64,000 bases of DNA from Treponemataceae bacterium (GTDB lineage Bacteria > Spirochaetota > Spirochaetia > Treponematales > Rectinemataceae). A model generated the notes under the pieces. That model was not told where the DNA came from, made no database searches, and was given only the letters and a program-made list of their open reading frames with translations. A program made the translations under genes and the position numbers. The stretch covers positions 1,184,001 to 1,248,000 of the forward strand of contig CAXXHO010000005.1 in NCBI GenBank assembly GCA_963667725.2. The letters are read 5' to 3'. Position 1 is the first letter of the stretch. The number at the start of each line of letters is the position of its first letter. Of this stretch, positions 1 to 8,266 are shown piece after piece.

Positions 1-2
1 GT

Positions 3-908
3 TTCGGCTATTCGAAGGAGCTTTCGGCCGGAACCGTCGCCTCGGTGGGGACGATAGGCATGATCCTTCCGCCAAGCACCGTCCTCATCCTTTATGGGCT
101 CATCTGCGAGCAGTCTATCGGCCGGCTCTTCCTCGCCGGCATAATGCCAGCTCTCATGATAGCCATGCTCTTCATGCTGGTCATCTTCCTGTGGGTGACG
201 CTGAAGCCGGGCATCGCGCCGAAGGGCGAGAAATCCGGCTGGAAGGAGCGCTTCAAGGTCCTGCCCGAAATGCTCGCCGTCATTGTCGTGTTCGTCATCG
301 TCATCGGCGGCATGATGGTCGGCTTCTTCAGCCCGACCGAAGCAGGCACGATAGGCACGGTGGCGGTTTTCGCGCTGGCCCTGCTCCGCAGGGAAGTAAG
401 TTTTCAGATGATCAAGCGCTCGATCAAGGGCTCGCTGAAGACGGCCATCATGACCCTCATGCTGCTCGCCGGTTCCTCGATCTTCGGGCGTTTTCTCACC
501 ATCACCGAAATTCCCTTCCGGGCAGCGGACTGGGCAGCGACCCTTCCCTTGCCTCCCTACGCGGTGATGCTGGCGATCATCGCGATCTACCTCATCGGCG
601 GATCTATCATGGACGATCTCGCCTTCATGGTCCTCGCCACCCCCATATTCCTTCCGACAGCCCTGGCCCTCGGCTACGACCCGATCTGGTTCGGCATCAT
701 GATAAGCATCACCCTCATGATCGGCGGACTGATCCCGCCCATAGCCCTCTATGTCTTCATCACCGGCAATATAACGGGAATTCCGTTCAAGACTATCTAC
801 AAGGGCGTCGTGCCTTACCTCGCCGCCCTCGCCGTGGCCCTGGTGCTTATTTTCCTCTTCCCGCAGATCATCACATGGTTGCCCGACAAGTTCATGGGAC
901 CGCTCTAA
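3..908 (+). CDS. TRAP transporter large permease (DctM family), 5'-truncated by the window
   Basis: The frame is open from base 3 (FGYSKELSAGTVASVGTIGMILPPS). Motifs GxxxPPS, FSPTEA and GYDPIWFGI, many TM segments. Confidence 0.9.
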   Translation, partial: FGYSKELSAGTVASVGTIGMILPPSTVLILYGLICEQSIGRLFLAGIMPALMIAMLFMLVIFLWVTLKPGIAPKGEKSGWKERFKVLPEMLAVIVVFVIVIGGMMVGFFSPTEAGTIGTVAVFALALLRREVSFQMIKRSIKGSLKTAIMTLMLLAGSSIFGRFLTITEIPFRAADWAATLPLPPYAVMLAIIAIYLIGGSIMDDLAFMVLATPIFLPTALALGYDPIWFGIMISITLMIGGLIPPIALYVFITGNITGIPFKTIYKGVVPYLAALAVALVLIFLFPQIITWLPDKFMGPL

Positions 909-912
909 GCCG

Positions 913-1794
913 ATGAGGCCCGAAGACAGGGAACAGGCGAGGGGGATGGCCTGCATGGTGGCGGTCTACCTCATCTGGGGGGTGCTTCCGGCCTACTGGA
1001 AGCTTCTGGGCGGAGTGCCTCCCTTCGCCGTCATGGCCCATCGGGCGCTTTGGGCCTTCGTCTTTCTCCTTGCCGCCCTCGTGACTTTTTATAAGCCGAA
1101 ACACCTGTTTGCCCCGCTCGCGGATAGACAGGTGTTTTCCCTTCACCTGCTCGCGAGCCTTTCCCTGGCCGTCCAATGGACAGCCTACCTGATCGCTGTC
1201 TCGTCGGGACGCCTTGTGGAACTGAGCATGGGCTATTATCTCTATCCTCTCGTCGTGACCTTCCTCGGCTGGGCAATCCTCAAGGAGAAACTGAATCGAG
1301 CGAAGATATTTTCGCTCGCGCTGGCGGGAGCCGGCGTGGCGGTCACTGTCGTCGGCTACGGACGGCTGCCAGTCCTCGCTCTCGTTTTGGCCGGTTCATT
1401 CTCGGTCTATTCGCTGATCAAGAAGAAGATAAAGGTCAACTCGCTCAATTCGATCTTCTATGAAATCCTCTTCCTTCTCCCCTTCGCGCTTGCCTATATC
1501 GCATGGTTCGGAATGCGCGGGCGGGGATTTTTTTACGGTTCTTCGCCCGAATCCGCCGTTTTGCTCATAGGCGGAGGCATCCTCACGGCTATCACCCTCC
1601 TTCTTTTCGCCGCGGGCGCCCGGCGAATTCCCATTTTCGCCGTCGGCCTTCTCCAGTACATTTCGCCTACGATCGTGCTTCTCCTCGGTGTCCTCATATA
1701 TGGGGAGAATTTCGGCCCGACGCAGTGGGTAAGTTTCGCGCTTATCTGGTTCGGGGTCCTTGTGTATGTGCGGTATCAGCTCGTGAACAAATAA
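913..1794 (+). CDS. rarD: RarD-type EamA/DMT transporter
   Basis: YLIWGVLPAYWK, ELSMGYYLYPL and GLLQYISPT motifs; about 10 TM segments. Confidence 0.85.
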   Translation: MRPEDREQARGMACMVAVYLIWGVLPAYWKLLGGVPPFAVMAHRALWAFVFLLAALVTFYKPKHLFAPLADRQVFSLHLLASLSLAVQWTAYLIAVSSGRLVELSMGYYLYPLVVTFLGWAILKEKLNRAKIFSLALAGAGVAVTVVGYGRLPVLALVLAGSFSVYSLIKKKIKVNSLNSIFYEILFLLPFALAYIAWFGMRGRGFFYGSSPESAVLLIGGGILTAITLLLFAAGARRIPIFAVGLLQYISPTIVLLLGVLIYGENFGPTQWVSFALIWFGVLVYVRYQLVNK

Positions 1795-1802
1795 ACGCGC
1801 CT

Positions 1803-2513
1803 TCAATCCAGTCTTGTTCGTTCGCAGATGGCGAAGGCTTCCGCCTTGAGGGCGAGGTAGACCGTCTCCGACATGGATATGTCCGGCAGGATGGCATGCC
1901 TGTAGAAATAATCGGTGGCTTCCTGAAGGCTGAAATCGAGGATGCCGTTGGATACGGCCTTGAAAATGGACTTGGCCACGGCGTTGGTCGTCACTATGAA
2001 GGCTACGAGCTCGGCGTCCGACAGTTCTTTACCGTAGAAGGAGGCCAGCCCCTGGGTTTCCTTGAAGGTTGTGCGCTTCAGGCGTTCAATGTTCGCCTGG
2101 TCGTAGTCCGCGAAATTGACGAGATCGTAGTAGACGGCGTGCGTCGCCTTGTTGAGCGCCACATATTTGAAGAGGAGAATATACTTCACGAAGACGTTGA
2201 GCATGACCCGCCCCGCGGCATCGAAGGAGGAATCTGAGGAGGCCGCTTCGGACGAGACGCCATGCGTGTCCCCGGGCGCTCTCGTTGGCACGGCCGCGTC
2301 GGCGGCCGCGTAGATCCTGTCGACGTAGGAATCGAACAGCGCCCTGGCCGTTTTTTCCTTGTCGTCGAAATAGTAGTAGAACGAAGGCCTGCCAATCCCC
2401 GCTTCGGCGGCTATGTCGGCGATGCTTGTTTCGTAGTAGCCGCGCTCGGCGAAAATTCTGGCGGCCGCCTTCAATATGCGGCTGCGGGTCTCGCCGCTTT
2501 TTCTGTACGACAT
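1803..2513 (-). CDS. TetR/AcrR family transcriptional regulator
   Basis: N-terminal HTH (ILKAAARIFAERGYYETSIADIAAEAGIGRPSFYYYF); divergent from the amidohydrolase operon. Confidence 0.9.
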   Translation of the reverse strand: MSYRKSGETRSRILKAAARIFAERGYYETSIADIAAEAGIGRPSFYYYFDDKEKTARALFDSYVDRIYAAADAAVPTRAPGDTHGVSSEAASSDSSFDAAGRVMLNVFVKYILLFKYVALNKATHAVYYDLVNFADYDQANIERLKRTTFKETQGLASFYGKELSDAELVAFIVTTNAVAKSIFKAVSNGILDFSLQEATDYFYRHAILPDISMSETVYLALKAEAFAICERTRLD

Positions 2514-2547
2514 CCTTTACCCCTGTTCCAATAGTACCTGTCGCGGT

Positions 2548-2634
2548 AATTTCAACGCTTGTCGGAATTTGCTTGACAGCCGAAAATACCGGACGTATAG
2601 TTTATTCAGAAATTTGACATGCGTTGAAATTTCT
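2548..2634 (+). promoter_or_regulatory. sigma70 promoter flanked by two inverted candidate TetR operators
   Basis: TTGACA (2573-2578), 17 bp spacer, TATAGT (2596-2601). AATTTCAACGCTTGTC (2548-2563) and GACATGCGTTGAAATT (2616-2631) are reverse complements at 15/16 positions. Confidence 0.7.
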
Positions 2635-2718
2635 TCAACGGTGTACGAGCAGAGTATCCACCCCCCGCTCGCCGCTGTCAATCTCGAAGCCGCGCCGGCA
2701 GCGCGGGAGGCACGCCGA

Positions 2719-4176
2719 ATGAACGACATCGTGTTCGGGAGCGTCGAGAAAAATACCACTAAATATACAAATCTCAGCGACGAACTATGGGGATTCGCCG
2801 AGACAGGCTTCGAGGAGAGGCGGTCGGCAGCGGCTCTGGCATCCGCGCTCGAGGCCGAAGGTTTCGCCGTCAAGCGCGGCGTGGCGGGCATGGAGACGGC
2901 CTTCGAGGCAAGCTACGGTTCGGGCGGAAGGGTAGTGGCCATACTCGGCGAGTACGACGCCTTGCCTGGCCTTTCCCAGGTGGCGGCCCTGCCCGAAAAG
3001 CGCGAGCGCTCGCCGAACGGCGCCGGCCACGGCTGCGGCCACGGCTGCGGCCACAACCTCCTTGGCGTCGGGGCCTTGGCCGGCGCCGTCGCGGCCAAGG
3101 ATTATTTGAAAGCGGCAGGCATCCCCGGCACCATCCGCTATTACGGCTGCCCCGGCGAGGAATTCGGCTGCGGCAAAACCTTCATGGCCCGCGCCGGTGT
3201 CTTCGACGACGCGGACATAGCCCTCTGCTGGCACCCGAGCGACTTCAACGCCGTCTGGCAGGCCAGAACCCTGGCCAACCTCTCGGTATACTTCAGGTTC
3301 GAAGGAGTGGCTTCCCACGCGGCGGCTTCCCCCCACCTCGGGCGCAGCGCCCTGGACGCCGTGGAACTCACCAACGTCGGCGCCAACTACCTGCGCGAGC
3401 ATATCCCCTCCGAAGCCCGTCTCCACTACGCCATAACGAACGCAGGCGGCCGCGCGCCCAACGTGGTCCAGGCGAGGGCCGAGGTATTCTACTATTGCCG
3501 CTCGCCCTTCGTGGCGCAGGCGCGTGAACTCTACGAGCGGCTCTGCGATGTGGCGCGGGGCGCCGCCCTCATGACCGGCACGAAACTGGAGATTGCCTTC
3601 TCCCAGGGCCTTTCCGACTATATCCCCAACCTCGTCCTGGGCGAACTCCTTCAAGAATGCATGGAAGAATCGGGCGGGCCGGCCTTCGACGAAGCCGACC
3701 GCGACCTGGCGGAAAAGTTCCGCGCCACCCTGACCCCCGCAGAGATAGCGACCACCATGGGCCAGCTCAAGTTCACCCAGGGCGACGCCGTCCTCAAGGC
3801 CATCGGAAAGGATCCGCTGGACGCCGTTATCGGCCCCCTCTTCCGCGGCGACATCTGCATGCCGGGTTCCACCGACGTAGGCGACGTGAGCCACGTGATC
3901 CCGACAGGCCAGTTCGTCTGCTCGACGGCGGCGCTGGGCACCCAAGCCCATTCCTGGCAGAATTCGGCGCAAGCCGGCTCATCCATCGGACACAAGGGCA
4001 TGTTGGCGGCAGGGCGCATCCTCGGCCTGACGGCGGCCAAGACCTTCCTCGATCCGGAACTATCGCGCCGTGCCGCGGAGGAATTCGCCTCCAAGGCAAA
4101 CGGCTACTCCTGTCCCATTCCCGATACGATTCATCCCGACGACGTACTCAGATCGATGCGGAACGAAAATTCCTAG
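2719..4176 (+). CDS. M20D amidohydrolase, AbgB (p-aminobenzoyl-glutamate hydrolase subunit B)-like
   Basis: ILGEYDALPGLSQ, GHGCGHNLLG, GCPGEE, HAAASPHLGRSALDAVEL and GSTDVGDVS motifs. Start moved to ATG 2719, behind GGGAGG. Confidence 0.88.
   Translation: MNDIVFGSVEKNTTKYTNLSDELWGFAETGFEERRSAAALASALEAEGFAVKRGVAGMETAFEASYGSGGRVVAILGEYDALPGLSQVAALPEKRERSPNGAGHGCGHGCGHNLLGVGALAGAVAAKDYLKAAGIPGTIRYYGCPGEEFGCGKTFMARAGVFDDADIALCWHPSDFNAVWQARTLANLSVYFRFEGVASHAAASPHLGRSALDAVELTNVGANYLREHIPSEARLHYAITNAGGRAPNVVQARAEVFYYCRSPFVAQARELYERLCDVARGAALMTGTKLEIAFSQGLSDYIPNLVLGELLQECMEESGGPAFDEADRDLAEKFRATLTPAEIATTMGQLKFTQGDAVLKAIGKDPLDAVIGPLFRGDICMPGSTDVGDVSHVIPTGQFVCSTAALGTQAHSWQNSAQAGSSIGHKGMLAAGRILGLTAAKTFLDPELSRRAAEEFASKANGYSCPIPDTIHPDDVLRSMRNENS
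3024..3054 (+). repeat. 12-bp tandem duplication (CGGCCACGGCTG, about 2.5 copies) in the active-site motif
   Basis: The sequence encodes GHGC-GHGC-GHN instead of the usual GHGCGHN. Confidence 0.8.
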
Positions 4177-4201
4177 CGGTATCGAAATAAGGAGGCGAAC
4201 G

Positions 4202-4918
4202 GTGAAATTCTTCGATGTGGCCAACGGTGGCCTGCTCTTCGTACTCGTCGGGATAGGCATCGCCTATGTCATCCTGCAGTGCGTCCTTTTTCTCAGGATG
4301 TCGCTGAAGCGGGCGAGGGAATTGGGGATAAACGAAAAAGTGATATCCGGCACGATCAAGTCTTCGGCCGTGTTTACCATCGCCCCGTCCATCGCGGTGG
4401 CGCTTGGCCTCGCCGTCCTCGCGCCAAGCCTCGGCATTCCCTGGCCCTGGCTCAGGCTTTCGGTCATAGGCAGCGTGAGCTACGAGCTCATGGCCGCCAA
4501 CATGGCAACAAGCGCCCTGGGCTTCGCCAAGCTCGCCGACGCCGCGAAGGCCGGTCCCGAACCCCTGGGCGCCATCATGTACGCCATGACGGGAGGACTG
4601 GCCGGCGCCATGATCCTGGACATCATATTCGTCAAGAAAGTGGATTCGCTCGCGGTCAAGATGAAGGCCAAGGCCGGCGACTTCGGCACTATCGCCATCG
4701 CCGTCCTCTACTTCGCCGTCATCGCCGTCTTCGTCGTGCCCTTCTTCGGGCAAGGCTTCGTGGCGGTCGCCACTTTCGCCACGAGCATCGTGCTCACCCT
4801 TGTTCTGGCCTTCATCGCCAAGAAGTACAAGATCGCGTGGTTGGGCAATTTCATCCTGGCCTTCAGCCTCATCCTGAGCATGTGTTCCGCCGTGCTCTGG
4901 ACCGGGCTGGTGAAGTAG
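4202..4918 (+). CDS. DUF5058-like membrane protein
   Basis: GTG start behind AAGGAGG; motifs SSAVFTIAPS and LGIPWPWLRLSVIGSVSYE; multiple TM segments. Confidence 0.7.
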   Translation: MKFFDVANGGLLFVLVGIGIAYVILQCVLFLRMSLKRARELGINEKVISGTIKSSAVFTIAPSIAVALGLAVLAPSLGIPWPWLRLSVIGSVSYELMAANMATSALGFAKLADAAKAGPEPLGAIMYAMTGGLAGAMILDIIFVKKVDSLAVKMKAKAGDFGTIAIAVLYFAVIAVFVVPFFGQGFVAVATFATSIVLTLVLAFIAKKYKIAWLGNFILAFSLILSMCSAVLWTGLVK

Positions 4919-4927
4919 GAGGACGCC

Positions 4928-5647
4928 ATGGAAAACAGAGAACAGTATTTCAACAGGATCAACAGGCTGGGGCGGATCAGCTTCTCCATATTCTTCGTCA
5001 TGCTCTTCGCCATACCCACCATCGTCTGCGCGGTCTACGACATCTTCCCGAACCTGGCGACGGTGCTCAAGGCTACGATGGGCCTCTTCCTCATCCTCAC
5101 GCCGATCGCCATCTCCGAAATCGTCAGCTTCGTGCCGTTGCTCGGTTCGGGAGCTTCCTACCTGACTTTTGAGGCGGGTAACGTCTCCAACATCAAGCTG
5201 CCATGCGCGATGAACGCCCTCAAGAACGCGGGCGTCCTGCCGGCGAGCGAGGAAGGCGAAGTGCTGTCGACCATATCGGTGGCCATATCGTCCATCGTGA
5301 CGACGGCCGTCATCGTCGTCACCGTTCTCCTTCTTACCCCCCTCGCTCCGGTGTTCGCCAACCCCGGAGTGAGGATCGCCACCGCCAACGTGCTGCCAGC
5401 CTTGTTCGGCGCCCTCATCGTCGCCTTCATGGCGGGCGGCGAATCCGGCTCTGTCGTGATTAAAGGCCAGTGGAAGGCGATGATACTGCCCCTCGCCGTC
5501 GTCGCCGTCGTGCACTACCTTGTTTTCCCCATCAAAGGATGGGAGGGCGTGACGATCCTCATTCTCCTGCCCATCACCATCTTCGGAGCGAGGTTCCTAT
5601 ACAAGAAAGGCCAAATCCAGGTGATCTCCAAGGAAAAGAAGGCCTGA
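4928..5647 (+). CDS. Uncharacterised membrane protein, putative partner of the DUF5058 protein
   Basis: AGGAGG RBS; about 6 TM segments; motif SYLTFEAGNVSNIKLPCA. Confidence 0.7.
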   Translation: MENREQYFNRINRLGRISFSIFFVMLFAIPTIVCAVYDIFPNLATVLKATMGLFLILTPIAISEIVSFVPLLGSGASYLTFEAGNVSNIKLPCAMNALKNAGVLPASEEGEVLSTISVAISSIVTTAVIVVTVLLLTPLAPVFANPGVRIATANVLPALFGALIVAFMAGGESGSVVIKGQWKAMILPLAVVAVVHYLVFPIKGWEGVTILILLPITIFGARFLYKKGQIQVISKEKKA

Positions 5648-5678
5648 ACGGGCCGCCGGAGCGGTGAAGGAGGGGAGC

Positions 5679-7049
5679 ATGGCCGACACGAAGGTGAAGA
5701 TTTCCTGCTGGCTCTATGGGCTCAGGCATCGCAAGGAGTTTGCCGCGTCCCGGCCCCTCGAGGGGAATGCCGCCCATATGGGCCTCGACGAAAAATACTG
5801 GTGGGGCTACAAATACTACTGCGGCCCCATCGAGAAGGCCGAGCCAGGCTCCGGCCTCGAGGAATTCTTCGCGGGCCAGAACCTCGACTTCGCCGCCCGC
5901 GACGGTTTCGCGGAGACCGCGGCCATGACCCTTTGCGCGGGCGGCGACATGCTCTCCCATGCCGGCCTGAACCCCGACACGACCGCATCGCTCTGGGACG
6001 AGGTCAGGGACTTTTACTTCTCGGGGGACCTCGCCTACGCCAACCTGGAGGCGCCCGTCGCGCCGTCCAGGCCGCCCAGCTACATCCCGAAAAGCATTCT
6101 CGTGGCCGGGGCCCTCAACAACAGCCCCGGGATGTTCGACCGGATCACGGACGGCGGAAAGGGCATCGACTTCTTCTCCACGGCCAACAACCACAGCCTC
6201 GACCAGGGCGAGGAAGGCCTGCGCGAAACCCTCGACTTTCTCGACGCCAGGGGCTACCCCCATGTCGGAACGGCCAAAAGTCCCGAGGAGAGGGACAGGG
6301 TCGTCATGGTAGAGCGCGGCGGCGTCAAGGTGGCCTTCGTCTCCTGGACCTTCGCCGTCAACTGGAGCAAGCTGCCCGAGGGCAAGGAATACCTGGTCAA
6401 TTACCTGCGTCTCAACAAACCCGACACGGATCTGTCCCCTATAGCGAAGCAGGTGAAAGCCGCGAGGGCGGCAGGCGCCGACGCCGTCGTCGCCCTTCTC
6501 CACTGGGGCCTCGAATTCGAGGCCTATCCCGTCAGGAACGGCGTCGACATGGGACACAGGCTCATTGAACTGGGCATCGACGTCATCGTCGGGAACCATC
6601 CGCACAATGTACAGCCCATCGAGAAATACGCGTATACCGACAAATCGACGGGAGCGCGGAAAGAGGGACTCATCATCTACGCGCTCGGCGACCTTCTCTC
6701 GATCCACCGGACGCTTCCCAATTCCCGCCTCGCCATCCTCGCCCGCGTAAGGATCTCGAAGGGGCGCGCGGTCGGCGCCGGACGGAGCATTGCCGCCGCG
6801 GCCGACGCCGACGTTGTGTGCGTGACCAAGCTGGAGATTCTTCCCATCTATCTTTATGCGCGCAAGGAAAAGGGCCAGTTCGTGGATTACCGGCTGCTCG
6901 ATTTCAGGAAGCTCGCGGGCGAACTTCGCGCGGGGAGGGACCGATTCGGGCTCGGGGGCGCGAGGAAACGAGAGATTTTCAGGCTCGAGGCATTGATGAG
7001 GAAGGTACTGCACGCGGCGCTGGAGCAGGCAAGCCCGCCGCCTCGATAA
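5679..7049 (+). CDS. CapA/PgsA (PGA_cap) metallophosphatase-fold protein
   Basis: AGGD, ANLEAP, TANNHSLDQG, LHWGLE, GNHPH and IYALGD motifs; no signal peptide. Confidence 0.85.
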   Translation: MADTKVKISCWLYGLRHRKEFAASRPLEGNAAHMGLDEKYWWGYKYYCGPIEKAEPGSGLEEFFAGQNLDFAARDGFAETAAMTLCAGGDMLSHAGLNPDTTASLWDEVRDFYFSGDLAYANLEAPVAPSRPPSYIPKSILVAGALNNSPGMFDRITDGGKGIDFFSTANNHSLDQGEEGLRETLDFLDARGYPHVGTAKSPEERDRVVMVERGGVKVAFVSWTFAVNWSKLPEGKEYLVNYLRLNKPDTDLSPIAKQVKAARAAGADAVVALLHWGLEFEAYPVRNGVDMGHRLIELGIDVIVGNHPHNVQPIEKYAYTDKSTGARKEGLIIYALGDLLSIHRTLPNSRLAILARVRISKGRAVGAGRSIAAAADADVVCVTKLEILPIYLYARKEKGQFVDYRLLDFRKLAGELRAGRDRFGLGGARKREIFRLEALMRKVLHAALEQASPPPR

Positions 7050-7120
7050 TCGCTTCCTTTTCATTGACAAAGCGCCGCGCCTCCATAGAATGAATGATGT
7101 GTCCACGCGAGGGAGGCCCG

Positions 7121-8266
7121 ATGCTTAAAGCGGCCATGAAAGAAGGCAAGGCCACGATCATGGTGGTCGACGATACGCCGGAGAATCTCGTCCTCATCTC
7201 CAGAATCCTGCTGCCTGAAGGCTACAAGGTCATGACTCTGCCCGACGGACAGATGGCGATCGATGCCGTAAAGACGGCCTCACCCGATCTCATTCTTCTC
7301 GATGTCATGATGCCGGGGCTGGATGGTTTCGCGGTCTGCTCGACGCTCAAGGCCGATCCGCGCACCGCCTCGATACCCATCATCTTCATCAGCGCTCTTT
7401 CTGAACCCCTCGACAAGGTAAAAGCCTTCGAGACCGGCGCCGTCGACTACATCACCAAGCCTTTCAATCTGATGGAAGTGAAGGCGAGGGTGGGCGTCCA
7501 CCTCGAACTCCGATTCACGCAGAAGGCGCTGGAGGACTACAGCGGCCTTCTCGAGAAAAAAGTGAGGGATCAGGTTGAGGAACTTTCAGCCGGCCAGGTG
7601 GCGCTGATCACGGCGATGACGAAACTGGTGGAGGCCCGCGACGATTCGACGGGGGGGCACATCGAACGCACACAGATCCTTTGCCGCCTCCTCGCGGAGC
7701 GCATGGGCACGCGGCCTGAATACCGCGAAATCATAGATCCCGGGTTCCTCGAGGATATCTACAACGCAAGCCCGCTGCATGATATCGGCAAGGTGGGGAT
7801 CAAGGATTCTATCCTGATGAAGACGGGTAAACTTCTTCCGGAAGAATACGAGATAATGAAAAGCCATACGACGATCGGGAAGGAGTATCTCTGCAGGGCG
7901 CTGGCGAAATCTCCCAAGAACAAATACCTCAAGATGGGCATGGAAATCGCGGGCAGCCACCACGAAAAGTGGGATGGAAGCGGCTACCCCGAAGGGCTGG
8001 CCGGCGAGGCGATCCCGCTCTCCGCGAGGATCATGGCCTTAGTCGATGTCTACGACGCGCTTCGTTCCGCGAGAGTGTACAAGGAAGCCTATCCCCACGG
8101 CCAGGCCGTCGCGATGATCGCCCAGGGGCGAAGCCGCCACTTCGATCCAGCCGTCGTCGACGCGTTCCTTGAGATCAGCGACGCCTTCGACCGAGCGAGA
8201 AGCGGGATGGATGAGATGCCGCGCCTGTCCGATAAGCCTTGCATGGAGGAGTCCGGCGGATCCTAG
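7121..8266 (+). CDS. REC + HD-GYP response regulator (RpfG-like c-di-GMP phosphodiesterase)
   Basis: REC domain (VVDD, LLDVMMP, KPF), plus LHDIGK, HHEKWDGSGYP and ARIMALVDVYDAL. Confidence 0.92.
   Translation: MLKAAMKEGKATIMVVDDTPENLVLISRILLPEGYKVMTLPDGQMAIDAVKTASPDLILLDVMMPGLDGFAVCSTLKADPRTASIPIIFISALSEPLDKVKAFETGAVDYITKPFNLMEVKARVGVHLELRFTQKALEDYSGLLEKKVRDQVEELSAGQVALITAMTKLVEARDDSTGGHIERTQILCRLLAERMGTRPEYREIIDPGFLEDIYNASPLHDIGKVGIKDSILMKTGKLLPEEYEIMKSHTTIGKEYLCRALAKSPKNKYLKMGMEIAGSHHEKWDGSGYPEGLAGEAIPLSARIMALVDVYDALRSARVYKEAYPHGQAVAMIAQGRSRHFDPAVVDAFLEISDAFDRARSGMDEMPRLSDKPCMEESGGS

Noticed and set aside
2476..2718. N-terminal extension of the amidohydrolase ORF
   Set aside because: It runs through the promoter/operator region and the TetR start; the RBS supports ATG 2719.
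4148..7106. Long minus-strand ORFs 4148-5515 (455 aa) and 5574-7106 (510 aa)
   Set aside because: They are antisense shadows of well-supported plus-strand genes in GC-rich DNA and carry no recognisable motifs.
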